Assembly (NCBI GenBank): GCA_964016885.1
Contig: OZ024749.1
Coordinates: forward strand, 22,754,001-22,818,000
Direction: 5' to 3'
DNA: 64,000 bases
Source: Eledone cirrhosa
Taxonomy: Eukaryota
Part shown: positions 46,212 to 59,607 of the stretch, one piece after another
Layout: each line of letters starts with the position of its first letter
How positions within the stretch are numbered: position 1 is the first letter of the stretch
The notes under the pieces: generated by a model
Database searches by the model: none
Told to the model about the DNA's origin: nothing
The model's input: the letters and a program-made list of their open reading frames with translations, nothing else
Translations under genes and position numbers: made by a program

Positions 46212-46671
46212 TATATATATATACATTAATATATATATATACATATATACATATATATATACACATATATATATGTATATATACATATACATTTATATAT
46301 ATATATGTATATATTTATATATGTGTGTATGTATATATATAGACACACACACATATATATATATATATATATGTATGAATGTATATATATATATTAATGT
46401 GAATGTAAACATAAGACAACAAAGACATTTCAACAACAGCTCGTGAGACCCCAGGAAATTGAAATTGATAGAATAAAGATAGATATATGTGGAGAGGTAA
46501 AGATAGTCGGGAGAACTGTGATGGAGTGAATATATAGATTTATATAACTATACATATATCTAACTCAACACATATAATTATACATATATATAACTATACA
46601 TATATAACTATACATATATATATATATATATATATATATGTATTTATGTAATAAACAACGTAAGGCAATTA

Positions 46672-46732
46672 TTTCATTTACCAGTGGTTTCTTGAAAGCA
46701 AACAAATTATGCCTTCAATCATCAGAATGAAA
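46672..46732 (-). ncRNA. Canonical type I hammerhead ribozyme (family L)
   Basis: Minus strand reads TTTCATT-CTGATGA-TTGAAGGCA/TGCTTTCAA-GAAAC C ACT G GTA-AATGAAA. Perfect 7-bp stem I, 9-bp stem II, intact core, GUA site. Confidence 0.85.
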
Positions 46733-46854
46733 AAAATCCTGGTGTATTTATAGACATTGGATTTTAAAAACAAAAATATAATCTATATGAAAGTGAGGCT
46801 GGAAAAGGCAGAAGGAAAGGAAAAATAAACACACATGCACACACACAATTACAT

Positions 46855-46927
<73 letters not shown>

Positions 46928-47046
46928 CATACATACACATATACATACACGTACAAAAACACGTACATATACATATACATACATACACACATATATATCA
47001 ACATATCCATACATACACATACACAAATATACACAAACACACACAC

Positions 47047-47077
<31 letters not shown>

Positions 47078-47082
<5 letters not shown>

Positions 47083-47437
47083 TAATAAAAATAATGAATA
47101 AACAAAGAAACAGTTCCTTATATTATAAAAAAATCATCATTTTACGATCGTTTCTAGGATATATATGTTAGTGATGGTATGCATATCCTATAGATCTATG
47201 TAAAATTTTTACAAACTATCAGAGGGAATATACATACCTACACATATCTATGCTGTCTTTAGAAATATATATGTGTAGGTATGTATATTCCCTCTGATAG
47301 TTAGTAAAAAATTTACATAGATCTATAGGATATGCATACCAACACTAACATATATATCCTATAAACGATCGTAAAATGATGAATTTTTTAATATAAGGAA
47401 CTGTTTCTTTGTTTATTCATTATTTTTATTAATTTAT
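47078..47437. mobile_element. Fold-back pair of PLE terminus family B
   Basis: 47078-47262 and 47265-47437 are reverse complements. The junction lies at the HHR core (left core mutated to CTAAAGA). Confidence 0.8.
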
Positions 47438-47564
47438 CTTGACTGTGTTTTTCCGTTATTTTTCATCGAAAACAATTTTTGAATACATCTCTTTTCATGA
47501 TATTCTGATTACACTGAATTCTTCATACGGATTGGACACTACCGTACATTTTGGTAGATTTATC

Positions 47565-47635
<71 letters not shown>

Positions 47636-47653
47636 TTAAATATATATATATAT

Positions 47654-48492
47654 GTACTTTAGACTTCGGTTTATCATGAGTTAAGTCTCTATTGGTTTTT
47701 CCCTGGAATTCTCTAAATTCTGTTGAATAAATCTATATTCTGATTCCTTTTGAATTGAGTCTGAATTATTTTTTCCCATATCTTATGTTAACTAATTTGC
47801 CATATGTTATGGAATACTGTTAGCTTCTCGCTACAACAATTTCTATACTTTTCATTTATATATATATACTCGGATTTATTTCCTAGAGTGCTTAAATTAT
47901 TTGTGACTAATCCCGGTATTTAAAAAAAGAAAGACCGCGATGATATTGCTTTTGCTGAACTCCTTTTGTAGAGTTTTCTTTCGGAATGTCTTTGACTGTT
48001 GTTTCATGTAAACAAACATTTGTCTCATTCTGACGTCACCAGCCCTGTTTTTCCACATGTGCGTTTATTTTAATAATCACGCATGATGTTAAACTAGCCT
48101 GCTTTTAAATTCCCTTTTTTGGCATATTACCAGTGAGACCTTGGTTACCATGTTGAGCTCTGCTGATGAACGAAATCCAACCGTGACCATCCCCACTGAA
48201 AATTTTCGTGAAATAGTCTTTTCAAGACTATACAGAACATTTGAAATTGTCCCAAATTGAAGGTTGAGTACTTTAGGCTTTGTTTTATCATGAGTTAAGG
48301 CTCTATTGATTTTTCCCTGGATTTCTCTAAATTCTGTTGGATGAATCTATATCCTGATTCCTTTTGAATTGAGTCAGAATTAGTTTTCACATATCTTATG
48401 TTAACTATTTTCCCATTTTGACGCTATAGTCACATATATGTTATGGAATACTGTTAGCATCTCGCTACAACAATTTCTACAATTTTCATTTA
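47654..48492 (+). mobile_element. Partial-tandem repeat (47654-47858 / 48268-48492) with an intervening HHR-like motif at 48163-48218
   Basis: Direct repeat of ~200 bp. CTGATGA-ACGAAA..TTTCGT-GAAATAGTC lies between the copies. Relatives at 29170-29320 and 25300-25470. Confidence 0.5.
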
Positions 48493-48761
48493 TATATCTA
48501 TATACATACACATAATCATACATATATACACACGTATATACACACACATACACACATATATACACGCATACATACGCATACACAAATATAGATATATGTA
48601 CACACACCTACATACGCATACACACAATTAATTATAAGAAAAAAAAATATATATATATGTATTTATTAAAATAACAGATTAAAGTTTAAGCAAAGAATCG
48701 CTGCTCGAGCCCTCTTTGGATTTTAGTCTTCAATTTTATTATTACTATATATATATGTATA

Positions 48762-48836
<75 letters not shown>

Positions 48837-49039
48837 TTAGTTATACTATTTATGGTTATGTAAATACAAAACCTTATGCAGTTATAAGTATTTTTTATAC
48901 ACACCCTAAATAGTGGTAGGCAGTAATGTATTACTACCTTATTACCAGTAAGTTAAGTAGCTCAATGTAAAAACATCAGATGATTTACAGAGCAGTTATA
49001 TGAAATATAAGAATCAAAGAACTGTTCAAAACATTATTG

Positions 49040-49086
49040 TGCTTACAGCTGTTTCCTCCAAACCGAGGTTTGGATTCTTCGGAGCA
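49040..49086 (-). ncRNA. Type I hammerhead motif, U4C core (family E)
   Basis: Identical inverted copy of 50396-50442. Confidence 0.7.
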
Positions 49087-50395
49087 ATTTATTAATGCAT
49101 GGACAGTTATATGACCTCCTTTTCAGCCAAGAGACATACCGATACATATGCAAATATTGTGGGTCAACATTCATTACAGAATTTAGAGTGGCAGTACACA
49201 CTTCGAGATTACATTCATATTAAGAGGTACAATCAAAAATCAAAAATACATGTTAAAATACATGAAAATAAGCGGTTATATAGTGCAAATGTTATATGTG
49301 TGGCAAGCATGTGCGTCTTATTTATATAGTGTGGCAGAGAGATATGTGTGGTAGAGGCACTTAGGTAGGTAAACAAGAGTGTTAGGTTGGTAGATCTGGT
49401 GGCAAATTCTTTATATGATTGATATAGTCTGTGTGGAGAAATGTTATAAGCATTAAAAATAGTGCAAGCATTAAAAGTGTTAAAAGTATTGGAGATACAC
49501 AGCGAAGGGATGTCAAGTATTTCATGTACTTCGACATTTTCATGGTCAGGGGAGTGTATTTTTCGATTATATGCCCCTCACATAATCCACGACAATTCGA
49601 TATTGAGCGTTTAATTCGATAAATGAATTTACACTGATCAACAGTGTAAATTCATTTATCAATAGAGTGAGATGGAGGACATTCCATTATGATAGAAACA
49701 GATCTAACAACTTGAATAATACTAACAATTTTGACTCCCGGAGTTACCTCCCCGCATGCATTAACTCCCCTTAGCCGGTGGTATACAATGTCGTTTCTCG
49801 AAACGTAACAGCCTCCTGTATTGAACTAAAGAACATCAGACTACGATTCTCTAACTGGATTGTCAAACGCTCAATATCGAATTGTCGTGGATTATGTGAG
49901 GGGCATATAATCGAAAAATACACTCCCCTGACCATGAAAATGTCGAAGTACATGAAATACTTGACATCCCTTCGCTGTGTATCTCCAATACTTTTAACAC
50001 TTTTAATGCTTGCACTATTTTTAATGCTTATAACATTTCTCCACACACATACTATATCAATCATATAAAGAATTTGCCACCAGATCTACCAACCTAACAC
50101 TCCTGTTTACCTACCTAAGTGCCTCTACCACACATATCTCTCTGCCACACTATATAAACAAGACGCACATGCTTGCCACACATATAACATTTGCACTATA
50201 TAACTGCTTATCTTCATGTTGTATTTTAACCTGTATTTTTGATTTTTGATTGTACCTCTTAATATGAATGTAATCTCGAAGTGTGTACTGCCACTCTAAA
50301 TTCTGTAATGAATGTTGACCCACAATATTTGCATATGTATCGGTATGTCTCTTGGCTGAAAAGGAGGTCATATAACTGTCCATGCATTAATAAAT

Positions 50396-50442
50396 TGCTC
50401 CGAAGAATCCAAACCTCGGTTTGGAGGAAACAGCTGTAAGCA
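50396..50442 (+). ncRNA. Type I hammerhead motif, U4C core (family E)
   Basis: TGCT-CCGAAGA-ATCCAAACC TC GGTTTGGAG-GAAAC AGCT GTA-AGCA. Confidence 0.7.
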
Positions 50443-50485
50443 CAATAATGTTTTGAACAGTTCTTTGATTCTTATATTTCATATA

Positions 50486-50568
<83 letters not shown>

Positions 50569-50569
<1 letters not shown>

Positions 50570-50757
50570 TTATTTCTGAAGACAGCATATATATGTGTAG
50601 TTATGTATATTCCCTCTGATAGTTTGTATAAATATTGTACATAGATCTATAGAATATGCATACCAACTCTAACACATATATATCCTAGAAACGATCGTAA
50701 AATGATGAATTTTTTTAATATAAGGAACTGTTTCTTTGTTTATTCATTATTTTATTA

Positions 50758-50760
<3 letters not shown>
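50569..50760 (+). mobile_element. Solo PLE terminus family B with intact long-stem-II HHR (50569-50706)
   Basis: Nearly identical to the reverse complement of 5040-5234. CTGAAGA at 50576 and GAAACGATCGTA at 50688. Confidence 0.8.
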
Positions 50761-50807
<47 letters not shown>

Positions 50808-51192
50808 CAAAGGAATTGTGGTAAGGAGCCAAATGGACCATAACGCACCAGAGTACTCAATACTTGGGGTAGTAGAGTGGGAAATAGGAAAATGTATGAC
50901 CCCGACGGCAGAGCTCAAGCCGTTTCGACGGCTATTTCTGAGTCTAGAAATAGCCGTCGAAACAGATTGACCTCTGACGTCGGGGTCATAGATTTTCCTA
51001 TATATATATATACAAGTTAATATAAATTAATATATGATAAACACCAATATAAACATATAAGCGTTTGTATTGTAAACGACCAATTAGATTAATACAGTTT
51101 GCCTGTTTCGATCTAAAATAATAAATCAATAAAAACAAACCCATATTGGCAATATATATATATAATGTATGTATATATATATATAATGTATG

Positions 51193-51230
<38 letters not shown>

Positions 51231-51284
51231 ATGTATGCATATATATATATATATATATATACATACATATATATATATATATAT

Positions 51285-53622
51285 ATGAGAGTATTGAAGT
51301 TTGCTTGAAGCATTGTGGAACAATAAGTAAATATCTTTTAGTCGTTTGGAAGCCTCGACAATGCAAATTGGTAAATCTCCGGGTGACAAGGTCCGGTGGT
51401 GAAGAGAGAGATGTAAGTGGGTGTACGTTGAGATGCGTGGTGTGTATAAGATGTGTGAGATGTGTAGAATGAAGGAAAGAGTATAAAGGATAGAATAAAA
51501 ATAACAACACAAGAGAGAGTTACCTTGGGAGAGATTTAATAGTCCCTATATATTTCGGATTCACATCCATCAACTGGGGGTTTTTTCCGGGGTTGGGGAA
51601 AAGGTTGTCTGTCGGACAGGTCCGGAACGCGTACTTCGCCTTTTGTTGTTTTGAATATCTGAGGTATTCGGCAGAGCGCGCGTGCGCGTGAAATGGGGTC
51701 GGTCGTACAGAGGTCAGCGGCCGAATGAGGGAGTGGGATGGCGCTAGCTGCCAGTTCATTCTCTGCCTGTTTGTTAAATGTTACTGTGTGTGTGTGTGCG
51801 TGTGTTGTTGTCTCGCTTGTGTGTGTGTGTGCGTGTGTTGTTTGTTGTTTCATCGCTTGTTAACTTAAACCAGCCATCTGATTTCGCTTCTCTCTGATTG
51901 GTTGTTTATTTGCGGTTGCAGTCGTTTGATAAAAAGCGCTTCCTTGATACTCCCTCATTCGGCCGCTGACCTCTGTACGACCGACCCCATTTCACGCGCA
52001 CGCGCGCTCTGCCGAATACCTCAGATATTCAAAACAACAAACAGCGAAGGACGCATTCCGGACCTGTCCGACAGACAACCTTTTCCCCTACACCGGAAAA
52101 ACTCCCAGTTGATGGATGTGAATCCGAAATAAATAGGGACTATTAAATCTCTCCCAAGGTAACTCTCTCTTGTGTTGTTAATTTTATTCTATCCTTTATA
52201 CTCTTCCCATCATTCTACACATCTTATACACACCACGCATCTCAACGTACACCCACTTACATCTCTCTCTCTCCACCACCGGACCTTGTTACCCGGAGAT
52301 TTACCCATTTGCATTGTCGAGGCTTCCAAACGACTTAAACATATTTACATATATATATATATATATATATATGAGAGTATTGAAGTTTGCTTGAAGCATT
52401 GTGGAACAATAAGTAAATATTTATAAGTCGTTTGGAAGCCACGACAATGCAGATGGGTAAATCTCCGGGTAACAAGGTCCGGTGGTGGAGAGAGAGATAT
52501 GTAAGTGGGTGTACGTTGAGATGCGTGGTGTGTATAAGATGTGTGAGAAGTGTAGAATGAAGGGAAGAGTAAAAGAATAAAAATAATAATAACAACACAA
52601 GAGAGAGAGTTACCTTGGGAGAGATTTAATAGTCCCTATATATTTCGGATTCACATCCATCAACTGGGGTTTTTTCCGGGGTGGGGGAAAAGGTTGTCTG
52701 TCGGACAACTCGGAACGCGTCTTTCGCTGTCTGTTGATTTGAATATCTGAGGTATTCGGCCGAGCGCGCGTGCGCGTGAAATGGGGTTGGTCGTACAGAG
52801 GTCAGCGGCCCAATGAGGGAGTGGGATAGCGCTAGCTGTCAGTCCATTCTCTGCCTGTTTCTTAAATGTTACTGTGTGTGTGTGTGCGTGAGTTGTTGTC
52901 TCGCTTGAGTGTGTGTGTGTGTGTGCGTGTGTTGTTGCCTTGTTCATCTGTATTGGCAGTGTAGTATGTTCGTATGGTGGAATGCTACTGTGTGTTTGTG
53001 TGCGTGTGTGTGTGTGTGTGTAGTTGTCTCGTTTGCGTGTGTGTGTGTGTGCGTGTGTTGTGTGTTGTTGCATCGCTTGTTAACTTAAACCAGCCATTTC
53101 ATTTCGCTTCTCTCTAATCGGTTGTTTATTTGCGGTTGCAGTTGTTTGGTAAGAAGCGCTTCCATAATACGTAACGTGCCGACGTTTCTTTCAGTCGCTA
53201 GAATTGACAGCTAGCGCTATCCCACTCCCTCATACGGCCGCTGACCTCTGTACGACCGACCCCATTTCACGCGCACGCGCGCTCGGCCGAATACCTCAGA
53301 TATTCAAATCAACAGTCAGCGAAAGACGCGTTCCGAGTTGTCCGACAGACAACCTTTTCCCCCACCCCAGAAAAAACTCAAGTTGATGGATGTGAATCCG
53401 AAATATATAGGGACTATTAAATCTCTCCCAAGGTAACTCTCTCTCTCTCTTGTGTTGTTATAATTCTTTTTATTCTTTTACTCTTCCCTTCATTCTACAC
53501 ATCTCACACATCTTATACACACCACGCATCTCAACGTACACCCACGTACATATCTCTCTCTCCACCACCGGACCTTGTTACCCGGAGATTTACCCATCTG
53601 CATTGTCGAGGCTTCGAAACGA

Positions 53623-53626
<4 letters not shown>
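51285..53626. mobile_element. Tandem duplicate of a fold-back element (family F): four ~400-bp arms
   Basis: Arms at 51340-51730 (-), 51950-52337 (+), 52425-52840 (-) and 53205-53626 (+). Shared spacers and a shared 60-bp leader GAGAGTATTGAAGTTTGC. Confidence 0.85.
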
Positions 53627-53702
<76 letters not shown>

Positions 53703-53978
53703 TGTATGTATCTATATATATATACACATATATATATATATACACACAGATATATATATATATATTTATATATATACTTTCAAACGTTCAATCAACTGAC
53801 AGGAAGGTATAAGTGGCTGATGACAGCTAATAAATTAGAAACTAGTTCAGCGTTCCTTTGTCAGTGTTGAACAAATAGGGTAGCGTTTGTTGCCGAACAC
53901 TGTATGGCTAATAATTCGGGCTGTTTGTTTACAAACAAACTGAGCATTATAATAAATGTTCGGTAAACCTATACGTTC

Positions 53979-54012
<34 letters not shown>

Positions 54013-54122
54013 ATGTATATACATACTACTGTACGTCTGTATACATGTATATATGTACATATACATACTTACATTTAAGTATCAGCCTTACGAAGAGTGA
54101 GAAATGAAATTTAATTTTTTCC

Positions 54123-54168
<46 letters not shown>

Positions 54169-54398
54169 TAAAATATATATATATATATATATGTCATTAC
54201 ATCAGCAGAGGTCCGACCAGCTTTCGATTCCAGAGTCGGGTGAGATCGATACAGATCGAACCTTGAGCTGATCAATAACGAAACGCCCATCACTAATCAA
54301 TAAACGTAATGGTGGCTTAGCAAACCGTCCTTGTTACCGGGAGATTTATTAATCGGCATTGTAGAGTCTCCCAAAACGACCAATGCATGTATGTATGT

Positions 54399-55113
54399 TA
54401 TCTCTTTCTCTTAATTTCGAGTATATTTTTTTTGACCGGCCACCTTCCCGGTGGCAAGGTTGTAAAAGAAAAGAAATTGTCATCCCTTGAATCGCAAGAA
54501 TGTTTTGCAAAGTTTGAAGGTGCCAGCTATCGCAGCCATTTGTAGACTATGAATTAGGGAGCTGCGTTTTTTGTCCGCAAATCCAAGTTCAATCATACTT
54601 TGGTCCAAGCGGGTTGGTATATAACGCGTAGCTCCAATAATGATCGGTATGAAGCTAAAGGTGTATCTTGGATACTGGATTTGTAAACTCCACATCAATG
54701 CTCAGTAGATGTCCTCCTTCTCCTATATTTTTCTGACAACGTTTACATCAAGTGGGCAGCTGATCTCCACAACAGAACACGTTTTTAATGTGTGGTCCCA
54801 AACAACAATATCAGGCCGGTTGTGCTTTAATTTGGTGGCAGTTTTTATTTTCAGGTTCCACCAGTATTCCTTAGTGTCATCTGTCTCAATATATTCTTCC
54901 TCGTTTGTTGTTAATTTTGTTTTACGAAGTGCGTTCCAGATGGTTATAACTATCCCATCGTGTCTCATGGGGAGGTAGTAGCGAGATGACAGTCTTTCGC
55001 AGCTGGCAACAATGTGGCTTACATCCTCGATCTTTGTTTTACATAGCCTACATTTATTGTCAGCTGCTGGCCCTCCTCTTTTGTGCAGCAGATATTAGGT
55101 AGGGAGTTCTTTG
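54399..55113 (-). mobile_element. R4/Dong-like RLE non-LTR retrotransposon, 3' portion
   Basis: KCRLCKTKIEDVSHIVASC..YLPMRHD (CCHC knuckle) and HNRPDIVVWD..CSVVEISCP (PD-(D/E)xK endonuclease), with stops. (TATG)n on both sides. Confidence 0.88.
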
Positions 55114-55509
55114 GTATGTATGTATGTATGTATGTATGTATGTATGTATGTATGTATGTATGTATGTATGTATGTATGTATTTATGTATGTATGTATGTA
55201 TGTATGTATGTATGTATGTATGTATGTATGTATGTATGTATGTATATGTGTGTGTATGTGTGTGTGTGTGAGAGAGAGAGAGAGAAAGAGAAATAAGAAG
55301 GGAGAGAGAAAAGGGGAGACGATTCGTATGATAAATAAAGTATCGTTCTAAAATGTGGAACTGAAATAAATACCCAGCAACCAACAGGTTAAATATAGTG
55401 TAAAAGCGATAAATGTCAGTTGAAAGAATAAGTTTAGTTAGTACAGTGACGTCATAAATAATTTGTCTCTATCTGGAAAGACAATTAAAAATATTTGCTT
55501 TTCATGACA

Positions 55510-57120
55510 TCAATGAGAACAACAAACATAAAATAAAATATGCCATCTTCAACATCAACAGCAAGAACAATGAATATAACAACAATAACAACAGCAACAT
55601 CAACAACAATAATAACAACAGAAATGACAACAATAAAAATAATAACGAAAGGAAACGATAAAAAAATAAGAACACCAACAACAATAAGAACACCAACAAC
55701 AATAAGAACACCAACAACAATAAGAACAATAATAACAATAATAACAACAATAACAACAACAACAACCACGACAATAACAACAGCATGAACAATACTAATA
55801 CCAGCAATAACAACAACGACAACAACAATAGTAACAACGATAATAACAACAACATCAACAACAATAGTAACAACAATAATAACAACAACATCAACAACAA
55901 TAGTAACAACAATAATAACAACAACATCAACAACAATAGTAACAACAATAATAACAACATCAACAACAATAACAACATCATCAACAACAATAACAACATT
56001 AGCAACAATAACAACAATAACGACAACGATAACAAAACAATATTAGCAACAATAACAAAAACGACAACAAAAACAAAAATAATGGTTTATTTATATATAT
56101 ATATATATTTATTTATTCATTATTTATTTATTTATTCAACAACGAAAGGAAATACGACAGCAGCAACATCAACAATAATAATTGTTCTACTTTTGGCACA
56201 AGGCCAGCAATTATCCCAGTGCATTACTGGTACTTTATTTTATCGACCCCGTAAGGATGAAAGGCAAAGTTAACCTCGGCAGGATTTGAACTCAGAATGA
56301 CAAGGGCCGTAACTCTATGCGTCAAAGCAATAATAATAACAACAATACTAACACAAATAATAATCACACAAACAACAACAATGAAAACCAACCCCACCAC
56401 CACCACCATAACAACAACAACAGCATTAACAACACCAACAAGAACAACCAACACCACTACCACCACCACCACCACAACAACAACAACAACAACGACAAGC
56501 ACCACTACAACAACAATTACAACAACAAGGACATCCACCACCAGAACAACAACAACAAACACAACAGCAACAACAACAACAACGACGACCACCACAACAA
56601 CAAAAACAACAGCAACAACAGCAACAACAACACCAGCGACAGCAACGACAACCCCAACCCCCACCACCACCACAACAACAACAAAGACAATAGCAACAAC
56701 AACAACGACATCAAGGACAACCACCACCGCCGCCACCACAACCACAAAAACAACAACAAGGACAACCACCACCACAACAACAACAACAACAGCAGCAATA
56801 ACAACAGCAACGACAACCACCACCACCACCACAACAACAACAACGACATGAATATGAGCACTAAAAAAAAAAAGACGACAGTAAAAACCGCAACAACAAT
56901 AAATATTAATTTCAGCAGAAAAAAACACCATTTTTGAGGTGGGAGTAATGGTGACTACAACAAAAATTACTACAACAACAACAGTAACAATAGCAAGAAG
57001 AAGAAGAAGAAGAAGAAGAAGAAGAAGAAGAAGAAGAAGAAGAAGAAGAAGAACAACAACAACAACAACTACAACAAGAACAGCAACAATAACAACAACA
57101 ATAACAGCAATGACATCAAT
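55510..57120. repeat. (AAC)n/(ACC)n/(AAG)n low-complexity tract interrupted by a SINE
   Basis: Read directly from sequence. SINE at 56185-56330. Confidence 0.9.
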
Positions 57121-57364
57121 ATTAAAAATATATATACCAGAGAAAACCCACAAATAGTCGACAAAATATATTTTTAAAAACCTGATAATTGGCAAAACAA
57201 GTAAAACAAAATAAATATTAAAACAAGAGTTGAAATCAAATTCCAAAGTGGAATCACCATAGCAACAAGACAAACAGTAAACAGCAGCCATGATAATTAA
57301 ATCATAGTGGACAGAACTGGGTTAAACAACAATAACGACCACAACAATAATTGTTTTAATAATT

Positions 57365-58345
57365 GTTTCTACTTTTGGCACAAGGCCAGCAATTATCTCA
57401 GTTCATTACTGGTACTTCATTTTATCGACCCCGTAAGAACAAAAGGCAATGTTTACCTCGACAGGATTTCAACTCAGTCAATAAAGGGTCGTAACTCTAT
57501 GCTGCAAAGCATGGCATCTGACTCTCTACCAATACTGCCAATCTACCGCCATAATTGTTTTAATAATTGTTTCTACTTTTGACACAAGGCCAGCAATTAC
57601 CCAGTGTATTACTGGTACTTTATTTTATCGAGCCCGTAAGGATGAAAGGCAAAGTTAACCTCGGCGGGATTTGAACTCAGAATGACAAGGGCCGTAACTC
57701 TATGCATCAAAGCATGGCGTCCGACCCTCTACCGATACTGCCAATCCTAAACGACAAGAACAATAATTTTAATAACAAAAAAGACAACAACGACAATAAC
57801 AACAACAATAATAACTGCTTGTGATTTAAGGAGAAGGCTAACGATTTTAGGGGATGGGAATGTCCCACGAATTGACACCAGTGCATTACTGTTACTTTAT
57901 TTTATCGTCCCCCATGCGATTGAAAGGCTCAGCTAACTTGGGCGAGATTTGAACACATAGCGTAAAGGGCCGTAACTATAAGTCACAAAGCATATTGTGC
58001 TACGCTCTACCGATTACTGTTTGTCAACCAAACAACAATAATAATTGTTTCTACTTTTGGCACAAGGTCAGTAATTACCCAGTGCATTACTGGTACTTTA
58101 TTTTATCGACCCCGTAAGGATGAAAGGGAAAGTTAACGTTGGCAGGATTTGAACTCAGAACATAAATGGCCATAACTCTATGCTGCAAAGCATGGCATCT
58201 AACGCTCTACCGATTCTGACATGTTTCTACATTTGCCACAAGGCGAGCAATTTGTGGTGAAGAGGAAAGTCCGTTAAATTGACCCAAGTGCGTTACTGGT
58301 ACTTTATTTCATCGAACCCGTAAGGATGAATGGCAAATCCAAACT
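57365..58345 (-). mobile_element. Head-to-tail array of about 5 SINE family 1 copies
   Basis: Reverse complement of the units at 43015-44465. Confidence 0.85.
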
Positions 58346-58867
58346 TAACCCTTTGGATACCCTACCCCCCTGATTAGTTTTACAATAGAAAACTGTTAGT
58401 TTTAAAGTGTTTATATTTATCTAAATTTGACTTCTAGTCTAATTCTATCTAACAGTCTTTGTTAAACTATATCAAAAATATCAACTTGACATTCTCAATA
58501 AATCCCACTAAATACTTGATTATTTTCAAATTTACGTGAAAACCATAGGCAGTGTGATTTATTTAAAATAAATTAATGTACTCTCAGGTACGTTTAATTC
58601 GACATTGAGTGAAAGAAATGCAAAGATAAACTTGGCGGGTTTTGAACTCTAAAAAGAGAGAGCCGAAACGAATAGAATTAAACATTCTAGCTGACGTTCT
58701 AACGACTCAACAATAGAGTATATTATTACATTGGTATGTTCTCGTAAATCCCTATGGAGTCATAGTGATATATGGTGTTTCTTGGATATCTTTTAAAATA
58801 TGGCGGAACCAATCCCTCTCCAGGACTAAATACAGTACATTTCTCCCAGAGAAACATAGATAGTGTG

Positions 58868-58929
<62 letters not shown>

Positions 58930-59569
58930 GGGGTGGGGTGAAAAAGGGATGTAGAAGTAGAATCGACCACAGTACTAGACTGGTACTTTTTTATCGACCC
59001 CCAAAGGATGAAAGGCAAAGTTGAGCTCGGCGGATTTTGACCTCCGAGAGAAGAGAGCCGAAACCAATAAGTCTTAGCATTCTATCTGACGTTCTAGAGA
59101 CTCTGCATATAGAGTATATAGTACATTACCATTACCTTAAAACTGATAAACTGTCAATAACTATATATATTATTAACACACTGACACTACCAACACTGAT
59201 AGACAGAATATAAAGAGTTGTAATTATTAATGTATACATCCGAGTTTAACTTTGCCTTTCACCCTCACAGGGTCGATAAAATAAAGTACCAGTAGTGCAC
59301 TGGGGTCGATTTAATCGACTTCCCCTCCCCCCACATTTCTGTTATTCTGCCTATATATGTGAAACCATTATTAATGAATACATCACCCTGGCGGTGGATT
59401 GGCAGTATCCCGCGAGGTAAACTTTGCCTTTCATCCTTACGGGGGCGATAAAATAAAGTACCAGTAATGTACTGGGTAATTGCTGGCCTTGAGCCAAAAG
59501 TAGAAACAATTATTAATGCATACATACTTACATACTAATATACATACATAAATACATAGATACACATGG

Positions 59570-59607
<38 letters not shown>

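Larger units (their letters stand above)
48995..50485. mobile_element. 1.5-kb fold-back PLE-like element (family E), ~615-bp near-identical arms
   Basis: 48995-49610 is the reverse complement of 49866-50485. Each arm has an HHR near its outer end. Small hairpin at 49618-49660. Confidence 0.85.

Noticed and set aside
53812-53855. CTGATGA...GAAACTAGTT motif
   Set aside because: Stems I and II do not pair convincingly.
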